A stretch of 64,000 nucleotides of DNA from Eledone cirrhosa (Eukaryota), in contig OZ024752.1 in NCBI GenBank assembly GCA_964016885.1, positions 42,346,001-42,410,000 of the forward strand, written 5' to 3'. Positions 1 through 13,423 of the stretch are shown here, piece by piece. Made by a program: the position numbers and the translations under genes. A model generated the notes under the pieces. That model searched no databases. It had not been told where the DNA came from and saw nothing but the letters and a program-made list of their open reading frames with translations. Position 1 is the first letter of the stretch; each line of letters begins with the position of its first letter.

Positions 1-74
1 CAGCGGCCCGACTCCACCAAACGTCTCTCAAATGTCACAGGCTGAAATAAACTTTGCCAATTTGCCGCCTTAGA

Positions 75-205
75 AATTAGATAGAGTCGTGAGAATGTCG
101 GATAGGTTGTTTTGCAGTATTCGTTTCGACTTTCTACTCTCTGAGTTCAAATCCCGCCGAGGTCAACTTTACTTTTCGTCCATTCGAGGTCTAATACTGG
201 AGTTG
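75..205 (+). mobile_element. Degenerate tRNA-derived SINE (family A), interrupted at its 3' end by an RTE fragment
   Basis: B-box-like TCTGAGTTCAAATCCCGCCGAGGTCAACTTT, homologous to the intact copy at 861-1050. Confidence 0.7.
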
Positions 206-212
206 ATTATTA

Positions 213-800
213 CTCAAAAGTGACACAGAGGAGACTGAGGTTGGCTGGACATGCTCACCGACATCCAGAGTTGACATTGCACTCAGTGCTCCTTTGGGAG
301 CCCCTACATGGACACACTAGGTTAGCTGGACATGCTCACCGACATCCAGAGTTGACACTGCACTCAGTGCTCCTGTGGGAGCCCCTACATGGACACACTA
401 GGTTAGCTGGACATGCTCACCGACATCCAGAGTTGACATTGCACTCAGTGCTCCTTTGGGAGCCCCTACATGGACACACTGGGTTAGCTGGACATGCTCA
501 CCGACATCCAGAGTTGACACTGCACTCAGTGCTCCTGTGGGAGCCCCTACATGGACACACTAGGTTAGCTGGACATGCTCACCGACATCCAGAGTTGACA
601 TTGCACTCAGTGCTCCTTTGGGAGCCCCTACATGGACACACTAGAAGAGGAAGACCAAGGTTAACGTATGTTGATGCCCTAAGGACAGACACTGGTCTGT
701 TGGAGATGCAGGATATGGCAGCGATAATGAGGGACAGAGACCGCTGGAGAGAACTCGTCCATGGATCTCGGGAATTTTACCCGCCTTAGATAGATAGATA
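213..800 (+). mobile_element. RTE-clade non-LTR retrotransposon 3' fragment (ORF C-terminus) with an internal 5 x 81-bp tandem expansion and (TAGA)n tail
   Basis: RRLRLAGH..R...[17 protein letters not shown]...M.DR..WR..V is the typical RTE C-terminus; stop followed by (TAGA)n; probable TSD GATTATT at 206-212 and 801-807. Confidence 0.9.
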
Positions 801-860
801 GATTATTCCTCTATATCTCTGTTTCTCGCTTCCATTCTCTGAATGTGCATTCTCTGTTTG

Positions 861-1050
861 GGCGGTGGTGGATTGGCAGTATCGGTAGAGGGTCGGACGC
901 CATGCTTTCCAGCATAGTTACGTCCCTTTACGATCTGAGTTCAAATCCCGCCGAGGTTGACTTTGCCTTTCATCCTTACGGGGTCGATAAAATAAAGTAC
1001 CAGTAATGCACTGGGTAATTGCTGGCCTTGTGCCTAAAGTAGAAACAATT
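861..1050 (+). mobile_element. tRNA-derived SINE family A (Nin/Deu-like central domain), full length
   Basis: A-box-like TGGCAGTATCGG, B-box GAGTTCAAATCCC, central GCCTTTCATCCTTACGGGGTCGATAAAATAAAGTACCAG; 16-bp TSD ATTCTCTGAATGTGCA at 834-849 and 1048-1063. Confidence 0.9.
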
Positions 1051-1133
1051 CTCTGAATGTGCAAACGTCTCTAATTATGTCCGCCGGGGGGCTGTGGAGC
1101 GGCCAATGCGTGGAACCACATTTGCTGGTGATA

Positions 1134-2030
1134 GTGAGAGATTGGGGGAGGGCGAGGGGGACGGAGGCGATGACAGTGGGAGTTTGGCTCCTCAGTGTCC
1201 GGACATGGTGTACATGAGAGATTGGGGGAGGATGGGAGAGAGAAAGAGCGATGACAGTGGGAGTTTGGCTCCTCAGTGTTGTTCGGACCTGGTGTACATG
1301 AGAGATTGGGGGAGGGCGAGAGAGACGGAGGCGATGACAGTGGGAGTTTGGCTCCTCAGTGTCCGGACATGGTGTACATGAGAGATTGGGGGAGGATGGG
1401 AGAGAGAAAGAGCGATGACAGTGGGAGTTTGGCTCCTCAGTGTCCGGACATGGTGCACATGAGAGATTGGGGGAGGGCGAGAGAGACGGAGGCGATGACA
1501 GTGGGAGTTTGGCTCCTCAGTGTCCGGACATGGTGTACATGAGAGATTGGGAGAGGGTGGGAGAGAGAAAGAGCGATGACAGTGGGAGTTTGGCTCCTCT
1601 GTGTTCGGACATGGTGTACATGAGAGATTGGGGGAGGGGCGAGAGAGACGGAGGCGATGACAGTGGGAGTTTGGCTCCTCAGTGTTGTTCGGACCTGGTG
1701 TACATGAGAGATTGGGGGAGGGTGGGAGAGAGAAAGAGCGATGCCAGTGGGAGTTTGGCTCCTCAGTGTTGTTCGGACATGGTGTACATGAGAGATTGGG
1801 AGAGGGTGGGAGAGAGAAAGAGCGATGACAGTGGGAGTTTGGCTCCTCAGTGTCCGGACATGGTGTACATGAGAGATTGGGAGAGGGTGGGAGAGAGAAA
1901 GAGCGATGACAGTGGGAGTTTGGCTCCTCAGTGTTCGGACCTGGTGTACATGAGAGATGGGGGCGGGGATGCGAAAGAGACGTAGGCGATGACAGTGGGA
2001 GTTTGGCTCCTCTGTGTTCGGACTTGGTGT
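1134..2030. repeat. Minisatellite, ~11 copies of an 80-84 bp unit with two variants
   Basis: Repeated TGAGAGATTGGG...GATGACAGTGGGAGTTTGGCTCCTCAGTGT..GGAC.TGGTGTACA. Confidence 0.95.
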
Positions 2031-2040
2031 AAACACACAC

Positions 2041-2079
<39 letters not shown>

Positions 2080-2081
<2 letters not shown>

Positions 2082-2256
2082 ACACACACACACACACATG
2101 TATTTATAGTAATAATTATTACAAAGACCAAAATCAGAAGATCTTGTTATAGGGTGAAAGCAGAGATTTTTTTTGCTTAAACTCTAATCTATACTAATAA
2201 TAAATATATATATATATATGTGTGTATCTGTGTATGTGTGTGTGTATTTGTACACG

Positions 2257-2348
<92 letters not shown>

Positions 2349-2540
2349 ACACACACACACACATGTATTTATAGTAATAATTATTACAAAGACCAAAATC
2401 AGAAGATCTTGTTATAGGGTGAAAGCAGAGATTTTTTTTGCTTAAACTCTAATCTATACTAATAATAAATATATATATATATATATATGTGTGTGTCTGT
2501 GTATGTGTGTGTGTATTTGTACACGCATACACACACACAT
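2080..2540 (+). repeat. Tandem duplication (period 265 bp) containing a short PLE-like 3' fragment
   Basis: Identical AAATCAGAAGATCTTGTTATAGGGTGAAAGCAGAGATTT...GCTTAAACTCTAATCT at 2131 and 2396; homologous to 7407-7476. Confidence 0.8.
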
Positions 2541-2973
2541 ATGCTATCTATTTTACCATAGCTCAAGTTCTAATTTGTGTCAGCAGGCAAATCATACCAC
2601 GAATTGTTATGGTAAGTAAACAGGTAGATAGTTTTAATAAACAACATATTTATATTTAACAATGCAGTCGATACGGCAACCTGTTGCTGTTGTTGTTGTT
2701 GCTGTTGTTGTTGTTGTTGTTTATTTATTATGAAAAGGTGTTGAGAGTGACGGTCGTGGTGACATTGGTGGTGGTGGTGGTGGTGGTGGTGGTGATAGTG
2801 TTGATGGTAGTGACGGTAGTAAGTTGTAGGTTGTAAGATGTTTTGTACTGGGTCAAATGGTTTGTAGTAAGTTTGATGGCTTGTAATAAGCAATTTGATA
2901 CTTTATACGGAGTTATAGTATTATGGTTTGTACTTAACTATTTTTATGGTTTGTTGAAAGATACTGTGTAGTA

Positions 2974-3032
<59 letters not shown>

Positions 3033-3039
<7 letters not shown>

Positions 3040-3603
3040 CGTAGTTAAGAAAGCCACAACAATGCAGAGGGGAATCTCGAGGTAGGAAGTGAATGATAGA
3101 TAGGAGAAACAGGATAAAGTGAAAATTGAGAGGGACAAAGATGAAAACAAAACAAAGGTAGAAGGGTTACCGTAGTGGAGATTTAATTCCAATATTTCGG
3201 GCTCACGCCCATCAACGGGGGAAAAGTTCCAAAAGGGGGGGAACAGGCCAAGCGGAGAAAGTTGTGATGTCGTTAAGACAGGAATGCCGTTAAGACAGGA
3301 ATAACGGCATTCCTGTCTTAACGACATCACAACTTTCTCCGCTTGGCCTGTTCCCCCCCCCCCCCCTTTTGGAACTTTTCCCCCGTTGATGGGCGTGAGC
3401 CCGAAATATTGGAATTAAATCTCCACTACGGTAACCCTTCTACCTTTGTTTTGTTTTCATCTTTGTCCCTCTCAATTTTCACTTTCACCTGTTTCTCCTA
3501 TCTATCATTCACTTCCTACCTCGAGATTCCCCTCTGCATTGTTGTGGCTTTCTTAACTACGTATTTTACACATTTCACAATGCTTCAAGCAAACTTTAAC
3601 ACC

Positions 3604-3606
<3 letters not shown>
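3033..3606 (+). mobile_element. Fold-back element, probably a Penelope-like relic: ~260-bp near-perfect inverted repeat plus 3' extension
   Basis: Arms 3033-3292 and 3302-3568 with a 9-nt loop; flanked by (TA)n on both sides; degenerate hammerhead-like motif at 3378-3414. Confidence 0.75.
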
Positions 3607-3667
<61 letters not shown>

Positions 3668-3962
3668 GAAAAATTGAACAGGGACAGAACAGAGAGGCAG
3701 TACAATAAATGTTTATTAAATTCACGCTCAGGAGAGTGGGGGGTAGGTGGGGGACAAATATATATATATATATATATATTAGAGCAAACATCACGGATGC
3801 TCTATCTCAAAATTATTTTTGAAAAGCATTAGATATGCGCAACCGGTAAACAAACTTAAAACCAAAACTGAATACCAACCAATACTATTACTAATTCTCA
3901 CTTATTCCTAATTAAACTATTTTTCACTGTGAACAATTTGTCAGCATTTTTTTTTCCGTTTA

Positions 3963-4016
<54 letters not shown>

Positions 4017-4081
4017 AGTGAAGGCGTGTTGTTGATTGGTTAGAGAAACGGATTCGCAATCGTTATGACGAAAGTCGATCC
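4017..4081 (+). mobile_element. Internally deleted SINE family C (head joined to terminal hairpin)
   Basis: GTGAAGGCGTG..TGGTTAGAGAA..GGATTCGCAATCGT fused to TGACGAAAGTCGATC; both parts match the ends of 16051-16254. Confidence 0.7.
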
Positions 4082-4114
4082 ATGAATATATATATATATA
4101 TATATACAGAGTTG

Positions 4115-4189
<75 letters not shown>

Positions 4190-4894
4190 TGTAAGATAGT
4201 GTGTAGTGATATATATATATACAGAGTTAGTGTGATGATCTTGTAACGAAACTAACCTATGGTGAAATTGGAAATGGTACGAAAATACGGCATATTTTCC
4301 TATCATATGTGAAAATCATCAATTCCGACGAAAATAAAACTATGATGTCACAAGAGCAAATCAAGACAGTTGCCAGTCAATTTTCTCTATCTTACTCGAT
4401 ACACGATGGTTATTTAGAACACCCAGCCGCAAACAGAGGCTGCCACGGTTCTATTTCATGAATTTTCCCTCACCTCTTAGTTTGTTTCTCTCTATAAACG
4501 GTATGTAAAAATACAACATATTTTTCACCAATACAATTTCACGTAAAAAAAAAACATGCCAAAAAAATACCTACTGTGAACACAGCAAAATAATTATAAC
4601 GTTTAAATGGTCTCGCTGCATTCCATGGCTAAAATAAATATGTAATTGGCAGTTTGTTTCAGTGTTGTCCTTGACCACTCAAAAACTGTTTTGGGGAATT
4701 CGCTTTCCTCACTTGAATTTCACGACTCACATCGACTATAGCACAACCCAAAGAACTTATCTAGTAATAATTGTACTTAATTAGTTTGAAGGTTTGTTCC
4801 AAGTACTATGGTTTGTATTAAGAAAGTTTGATCGTATTTAGTAAATTACTTTGATGATTTGCGTTGAGTTAGTTGGTTTTTAGTAAGTAAATTT

Positions 4895-5212
4895 GATGGT
4901 TTGTAGAGAATTAGTTTGATGGTTTGTAGAGAACTAGTTCGGAGGTTTGTAGAAAATTAGTTTGAGGGTTCGTAGAGAATTAGTGCGATGGTTTGTAGAG
5001 AATTAGTGTGATGGTTTGTAGAGAATTAGTTTGGTTTGTAGAGAACTAGTTCGGTGGTTTGTAGAGAATTAGTGTGATGGTTTGTAGAGAATTAGTTCGG
5101 TGGTTTGTAGAGAATTAGTGCGATGGTTTGTAGAGAATTAGTTCGGTGGTTTTAAGAGAATTAGTGTGATGATTTGTAGAGAATTAGTTCGGTGGTTTGT
5201 AGAGAATTAATT
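4895..5212. repeat. 23-bp minisatellite (~14 copies)
   Basis: Unit GGTTTGTAGAGAATTAGTKYGRT. Confidence 0.9.
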
Positions 5213-5385
5213 TGTAACTAGGTCATTAATTTGTAACAGGGTCGTTGCGTTGTAACTGGGTTTTGCCTTGTAACTGGGTCGTTGCGTTGTAACTGGGTCG
5301 TTGCGTTGTAACTGGGTTTTGCCTTGTAACTGGGTTTTGCCTTGTAACTGGGCCGTGGCGTGTAACTGGGTCAGTATTTCGTAAC
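5213..5385. repeat. 19-bp minisatellite
   Basis: Unit TGTAACTGGGTCGTTGCGT and variants. Confidence 0.85.
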
Positions 5386-5832
5386 AAGATCAAAGTGATT
5401 TGTAACGGAGTATTCTAATACAACATGACAGGACTGTTACCTCCCCCCCCCCTATCACTAAAACAGCCCTAGAAATCGCATATGAGATATAAGTTTGTAG
5501 GAGGCCAGCTAAACCTATATATATATATATATATATATGTGTGTCTGCCCTAACAATAACAACATTTTAAGACAGGGCTGTCTCGGTCGTTACTAGAATG
5601 GTAACTAGGGAGAGAAAGAAAGAAAGAAGTTGGTTTATTTGGGGTAACTAATGGTGGTTTGTGAATTAAAAGGCTGATTTGGAACAAAGAGCAGAAGAAA
5701 ACTAATAAACAAAAACCCCGAAGCTAAAGCAATTAATGTTTGATAATAATTATCGTTTATAGTTTTATCTGGCATTTGTGATAGGAATATATTGTATTTG
5801 ATAAAGGAATAGAGCAACACTTACAGAACACA

Positions 5833-5868
<36 letters not shown>

Positions 5869-6068
5869 TATATATATATATACAGATATATATATATATA
5901 TACAGATATATATATATATATACAGATATATATATATATACAGATATATACAGATATATATATATATACAGATATATATATATATACAGATATATATATA
6001 TATATACAGATATATATATATATATACAGATATATATATATATACAGATATATATATATATATACAGA

Positions 6069-6369
<301 letters not shown>

Positions 6370-6392
6370 GTATATATATATATCTGTATATA

Positions 6393-6664
6393 GTCAGCTC
6401 AAAAGTGACACAGAGGAGACTGAGGTTGGCTGGACATGCTCACCGACATCCAGAGTTGACATTGCACTCCGTGCTCCTTTGGGAGCCCCTACATGGACAC
6501 ACTGGAAGAGGAAGACCAAGGTTAACATATGTTGATGCCCTAAGGACAGACACTGGTCTGTTGGAGACGCAGGACATGGCAGCGATGATGAGGGACAGAG
6601 ACCGCTGGAGAGAACTCGTCCATGGATCTCGGGAATTTTACCCGCCTTAGATAGATAGATAGAT
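6393..6664 (+). mobile_element. RTE-clade LINE 3' fragment (unexpanded copy) with (TAGA)n tail
   Basis: ORF 6405-6650 is nearly identical to 220-789 but has one 81-bp unit. Confidence 0.9.
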
Positions 6665-6672
6665 ATATATAC

Positions 6673-6783
<111 letters not shown>

Positions 6784-6789
6784 TATAGT

Positions 6790-7476
6790 AATAATAATAA
6801 AATTGAAAACTAAAATCCAAAGAGGGCTCGATAAGGAAAATATATATCAGATATATAAGAACCGAAGAGCAAATATTTATTAAAATAACAGATTAAAGTT
6901 TAAGCAAAGAATCGCTGCAAGGTTTTGCGTATGCTTGTGTATGTACGTATATGTTTGCGTGTATGTATTTATTTGTTTCTATTACTTCTGTATTGTATTT
7001 ATTTACTTTGTTCTTAACTCTGTAGCGGAGATTCATTTGGTCTCCTAGTTAGAATTTTAGTCTACAACTTCTGCTATACCATTTACGTGGTTTTGTCTTT
7101 GCGTGCTATTGTTCTCCACGCTCCACATATGACTTATTATCTTCGTTTTTTCGTTCATTGCCAGAGAACGTCTCTATGCACCACTTAGAGAACATTAGTC
7201 TACGACCTCTTTTATACCATAAACGTGGTTCTGTCCTTGCACGTAATTGTTTTTCACCGCTCCTATTAATGACGTATTATTCGTTTTTTCCCGTTCTTTG
7301 CCAGCGAACGTCACCATGAACCAAAGTATCGTCTTCCTGTCTTCCTCCGGTTGCAACGTTTTTTGAAATATCCAGTTCTACGTTTACAGATTGACTTTGT
7401 TAGTTTCAGAAGATCCCGTTAAGGGTGAAAGCAGCGATTCTTTGCTTAAACTTTAATCTGTTATTTTAATAAATAT
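6790..7476 (+). mobile_element. Probable Penelope-like relic with inverted terminal segment and internal ~140-bp duplication
   Basis: 6873-6918 is the reverse complement of 7431-7476; hammerhead-like CAGAAGATCCCGTTAAGGGTGAAAGC at 7407-7432; TA-rich flanks. Confidence 0.65.
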
Positions 7477-7544
7477 ATATATATAGATATATAGATATAT
7501 ACATACAGATATATAGATATATATAAATATACATACAGATATAT

Positions 7545-7709
7545 CTATCAATCTATCTATCTAAGGCGGGTAAAATTCCCGAGATCCATGGACGAGTTCT
7601 CTCCAGCGGTCTCTGTCCTTCATTATCGCTGCCATATCCTGCATCTCCAACAGACCAGTGTCTGTCCTTAGGGCATCAACATATGTTAACCTTGGTCTTC
7701 CTCTTCTAG
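7545..7709 (-). mobile_element. RTE-clade LINE short 3' fragment
   Basis: [48 protein letters not shown] on the minus strand with TAGA-type tail. Confidence 0.9.
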
Positions 7710-7739
7710 ATATATATATATATATATAAATATACATAC

Positions 7740-7792
<53 letters not shown>

Positions 7793-7812
7793 CATACCCA
7801 CAGATATGTATG

Positions 7813-7861
<49 letters not shown>

Positions 7862-8198
7862 ATACTTTGGGAGGGTCATGTTGCCAATAAGAAACACACG
7901 CACCAGTTGCTTTCACTTCAATTTATTATATATTTACAAATCTACAAATTTATAAATTTCTGGTTGGTTGGTTGGTTCCACAACTTACAATTAAGGACAA
8001 AATGAAAACACACACACACATAGAACAAACAACCAACCAATAACATGTAAATAAATAAACAAATAGATAAATGAACACAAAAACACACAGACACCCGGAT
8101 GTGGCGCATGCGCAAACTGAGCACACAACACACACACAGAAACAAAATGGCGTAGGACAGAAGAAAGGAAAGGCACAGAAACAAAGAAAGGAATCCCC

Positions 8199-8243
8199 AG
8201 TCACTGAAGAGGTCACAGAGTGTGTGACGAAAGGACTATGACT
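8199..8243 (+). ncRNA. Minimal type-I hammerhead ribozyme motif (slightly degenerate)
   Basis: Stem I AGTCA/TGACT, core CTGAAGA, extra G, stem II GTCACA/TGTGAC, GAAA, GGAC, TA cleavage-site position. Confidence 0.7.
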
Positions 8244-8336
8244 ATATATAAACAACTATCTGGTTGTGGAACCAACCAACCAACCAGAAATTTATAAATT
8301 TGTAGATTTGTAAATTTATAAATTTATAAATATATA

Positions 8337-8523
8337 ATTGTTTCTACTTTAGGCACAAGGCCAGCAATCACCCAGTGCATTACTGGTACTTTATTTTATC
8401 GACCCCGTAAGGATGAAAGGCAAAGTCAACCTCGGAGGGATTTGAACTCAGATCGTAAAGGGACGTAACTATGCTGGAAAGCATGGCGTCCGACCCTCTA
8501 CCGATACTGCCAATCCACCGCCC
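8337..8523 (-). mobile_element. tRNA-derived SINE family A, full length
   Basis: Near-identical to 861-1050 in reverse; 16-bp TSD AATTTATAAATATATA at 8321-8336 and 8530-8545. Confidence 0.9.
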
Positions 8524-8672
8524 TATAACAATTTATAAATATATAGTAAATTGAAGTGAAAGCAACTGGTGCGTGTGTTTCTTATTGGCAACATGACCCT
8601 CCCAAAGTATATCAATATCGGTTTCAACACACGATTTCAGATAAAGAATCTTGCTAAACAAATTCAGAAACG

Positions 8673-9296
<624 letters not shown>

Positions 9297-9454
9297 TGTG
9301 TGTGTCTGTGTGTCATGGCAGAAAATGTTTGTCCGCCACACATTTCGTATAACATTATCTCGAGAAACAATCTAGACAAACAACAACAACAACAACAATA
9401 CCCACACGCTTAAAAAAATAATGGCCTTATTGACAATAATAAATATGGTATCGG

Positions 9455-12400
9455 CGGTGGTGGTGGTGGTGGTGGTGTGGTAGTGGTGGTGATGGTAGTG
9501 GTGTTGGTGTTGGTGGTAGTATCGGTGGTGGTGGTGTGGTAGTGGTGGTGATGGTAGTGGTGTTTGTGGTAGTGGTGTTGGTGGTGGTGGTGTGGTAGTG
9601 GTGGTGGTGATGGTAGTGGTGTTGGTGGTAGTGGTGTTGTTGGTGGTGGTGTGGTAGTGGTGGTGGTGATGGTAGTGGTGTTGGTGGTAGTGGTGTTGGT
9701 GGTAGTGGTGGTGGTGTGGTAGTGGTGGTGATGGTGTTGGTGGTAGTGGTGTTGGTGGTGGTGGTAGTAGTGTTAGTGGTGGTGGTAGTGTTGGTGGTGT
9801 TGGTGGTAGTGGTGTTGGTGGTGGTAGTAGTGTTGGTGGTAGTGGTGTTGGTGGTGGTAGTAGTGTTGGTGGTAGTGGTGTTGGTGGTAGTGGTGGTAGT
9901 GGTGTTGGTGGTAGTAGTGTTGGTGGTAGTAGTGTTGGTGGTGGTGGTGGTGGTGGTGGTGGTGTTGGTGGTGGTGGTGGTGGTGGTGATGGTGGTGTGA
10001 TAGTGGTGGTGATGGTAGTGGTGTTGGTGGTAGTGGTGTTGGTGGTGGTGTTGGTGGTAGTGGTGTTGGTGGTAGTAGTGTTGGTGGTAGTAGTGTTGGT
10101 GGTGGTGGTGGTGGTGGTGGTGGTGTTGGTGGTGGTGGTGGTGGTGGTGTTGGTGGTAGTGGTGTTGGTGGTGTTGGTGGTGTTGGTGGTGTTGGTGGTA
10201 GTGGTGTTGGTGGTGGTAGTGTTGGTAGTGGTGTTGGTGGTGGTGGTAGTGTTGTTGGTGGTGGTGTTGGTGGTGGTGGTGTTGGTGGTGTTGGTGGTGT
10301 TGGTGGTGTTGGTGGTAGTGGTGTTGGTGGTGGTAGTGTTGGTAGTGGTGTTGGTGGTGGTGGTAGTGTTGTTGGTAGTAGTGTTGGTGGTGGTGGTAGT
10401 AGTGTTGGTGGTAGTGGTGTTGGTGGTGGTAGTGGTGGTGGTGGTGTTGTTGGTGGTAGTGGTGTTGGTGGTGGTGGTAGTAGTGTTGGTGGTAGTGGTG
10501 TTGGTGGTAGTGGTGTTGGTGGTGGTGTTGGTGGTGGTGGTGGTGTTGGTGGTGGTAGTGTTGGTAGTGGTGTTGGTGGTGGTGGTAGTAGTGTTGGTGG
10601 TAGTGGTGTTGGTGGTGGTAGTTTTGTTGGTGGTAGTGGTGGTGGTGGTGTTGTTGGTGGTAGTGGTGTTGGTGGTGGTGGTAGTAGTGTTGGTGGTAGT
10701 GGTGTTGGTGGTAGTGGTGTTGGTGGTGGTAGTGTTGGTGGTGGTGGTGGTGGTGGTGTTGGTGGTGTTGGTGGTGTTGGTGGTAGTGGTGTTGGTGGTG
10801 GTGGTAGTGGTGGTGGTAGTGGTGTTGGTGGTAGTGGTGTTGGTGGTAGTGGTGTTGGTGGTGGTAGTAGTGTTGGTGGTAGTGGTGTTGGTGGTGGTAG
10901 TAGTGTTGGTGGTAGTGGTGTTGGTGGTAGTGGTGTTGGTGGTAGTGTTGTTGGTGGTGGTGGTAGTAGTGTTGGTGGTAGTGGTGTTGGTGGTAGTGGT
11001 GTTGGTGGTGGTAGTAGTGTTGGTGGTAGTGGTGTTGGTGGTGGTAGTAGTGTTGGTGGTAGTGGTGTTGGTGGTGGTAGTAGTGTTGGTGGTAGTGGTG
11101 TTGGTGGTGGTAGTAGTGTTGGTGGTAGTGGTAGTGGTGTTGGTGGTGGTGGTAGTGTTGGTGGTGTTGGTGGTAGCGGTGTTGGTGGTGGTAGTAGTGT
11201 TGGTGGTAGTGGTAGTGGTGTTGGTGACAATATTGATAACAACAACGATGGTGATAATAATAGTAATAATAATGTTGTTGATGATGATGATGACAGTGGT
11301 GATGATGATGAGGAAGGAGGGGGAGGAGTTGGGGGAAGGAAGGGGTAGGTAGGGGAAGAAGGAGGGGGAGAGGAAGGAGAGATATGTAATATCGTAATAA
11401 TGAAAATCAATGCCTTTGAAGTAAAGTGGAGGAGAGGAGTGGTGGGAGAGAGTTAGGGGGGGGGGGGGGGTGAAGGTCGAGAGAGAAAGGGGGAGGAGGT
11501 AGGGGAGATGGTGGGGGGGGGGGGGGGGTGATGGTGGTAGTGGTGGTGGTGGTAGTGGTGCTAGTGGTGGTGTGGTGGTGGTAGTGGTGCTAGTGGTGGT
11601 GATGGTGGTAGTGGTGGTGGTGGTAGTGGTGCTAGTGGTGGTGTGGTGGTGGTAGTGGTGCTAGTGGTGGTGATGGTGGTAGTGGTGGTGGTGGTAGTGG
11701 TGCTAGTGGTGGTGTGGTGGTGGTAGTGGTGCTAGTGGTGGTGATGGTGGTAGTGGTGGTGGTGGTAGTGGTGCTAGTGATGGTGTGGTGGTGGTAGTGG
11801 TGCTAGTGGTGGTGATGGTGGTAGTGGTGGTGGTGGTAGTGGTGCTAGTGGTGGTGTGGTGGTGGTAGTGGTGCTAGTGGTGGTGATGGTGGTAGTGGTG
11901 GTGGTGGTAGTGGTGCTAGTGGTGGTGTGGTGGTGGTAGTGGTGCTAGTGGTGGTGATGGTGGTAGTGGTGGTGGTGGTAGTGGTGCTAGTGGTGGTGTG
12001 GTGGTGGTAGTGGTGCTAGTGGTGGTGATGTGGTGGTGTGGTGGTGGTAGTGGTGCTAGTGGTGGTGATGGTGGTAGTGGTGGTGGTGGTAGTGGTGCTA
12101 GTGGTGGTGTGGTGTGGTAGTGGTGCTAGTGGTGGTGATGGTGGTAGTGGTGGTGGTGGTAGTGGTGCTAGTGGTGGTGTGGTGGTGGTAGTGGTGCTAG
12201 TGGTGGTGGTGGTGGTGGTAGATGTGCTAGTGGTGGTTGTGGAGGTGCTGGTGGTGGTGGTGGAGACGCTAGTGGCGGTGGTGGTGGTGGTGGTGTTAGT
12301 GATGATGTTAGCGGTGGCGGTAGTGGTGTGGTGGTGGTGGTGGTGGTGGTGGTGGATGTGCTAGTGGTGGTTGTGGAGGTGCTGGTGGTGGTGGTGGAGA

Positions 12401-12640
12401 CGCTAGTGGCGGTGGTTGTGTGGTGGTGGTGGTGGTGTTAGTGATGATGTTAGCGGTGGCGGTAGTGTTGTGGTGGTGGCGGTGGTGTTGGTGCTAGTGG
12501 CAGTGGTGGTGGAGACGCTAGTGGCAGTGGTGGTGGTGGTGGTGGTGGTGGTGCTAGTGATGGTGGTGGTGGTGGAGACGCTAGTGGCGACGGTAGTGGC
12601 GATGGTGGTGATGGTAGTGGTGGTGGTGGAGGTGGTGGCG
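9455..12640. repeat. Compound (GTG/GTA/TTG)n trinucleotide low-complexity tract
   Basis: Direct inspection; source of the poly-V/P/T ORFs. Confidence 0.95.
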
Positions 12641-12885
12641 ATTAAACAGGCTGTACAGAAAATATCCATCAAGGAAAAGTAATCCATTTTCCAGGTTCCA
12701 TTACTGTACGATTGAGATGTTTTAAAATAGGTTATGGCGGCGGCGCGGCGGGTGTGTGTGTGCGTGTGTATTTATGTGGGGGTTAATGTGGGTATGTTAG
12801 AATGATTGTAGTGTCTGTATGTGGGTTTGTTGGAGCTAGTGTGTGTATGGATGTGCTGGCGTATAAAAATGTACACACACACGCA

Positions 12886-12950
<65 letters not shown>

Positions 12951-13423
12951 AATATATACATACACACACGGACACACACGTGTCTGTGTGTCCGTGTGTG
13001 TTTAGAGTAGATGCATGGATACCGTTGAATAAAACCCTCCTTTGATGCAAAAGATATATTCATAGGGGTATATATATATATATACGTATATACATACATG
13101 TTTATATATATATAATATATATAAACAATCTCTATACCTCTCATTTATAATATATATATATATATATATACATACATGTTTATATATATATATATATGTT
13201 TATATATATATATATAGTGTATATATATACACACACACACACACATATATATATATTAGAAATAAGATGGTGGATGGTTTGGCATGGAGCAATGAACCAG
13301 AGTTACCTCCCTCTACCTCCTTTACAATGACATGTCATTGACATATGTGAAGCCAGAATGTCAAAATAAATATATTGTAATCCTTTCTCGATTAAGTAAG
13401 GATTAATTCTTGGTCTCTTGTCA

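Noticed and set aside
1134-2030. Hammerhead-containing tandem repeat (retrozyme-like), suggested by minus-strand CTGAGGA in most units
   Set aside because: No GAAA after the stem and no NUH/stem III geometry
9716-11410. Long Pro/Thr-rich or poly-Val ORFs (extensin/mucin-like)
   Set aside because: Translations of a GTG/GTA/TTG microsatellite, open on both strands, with no splice or domain support
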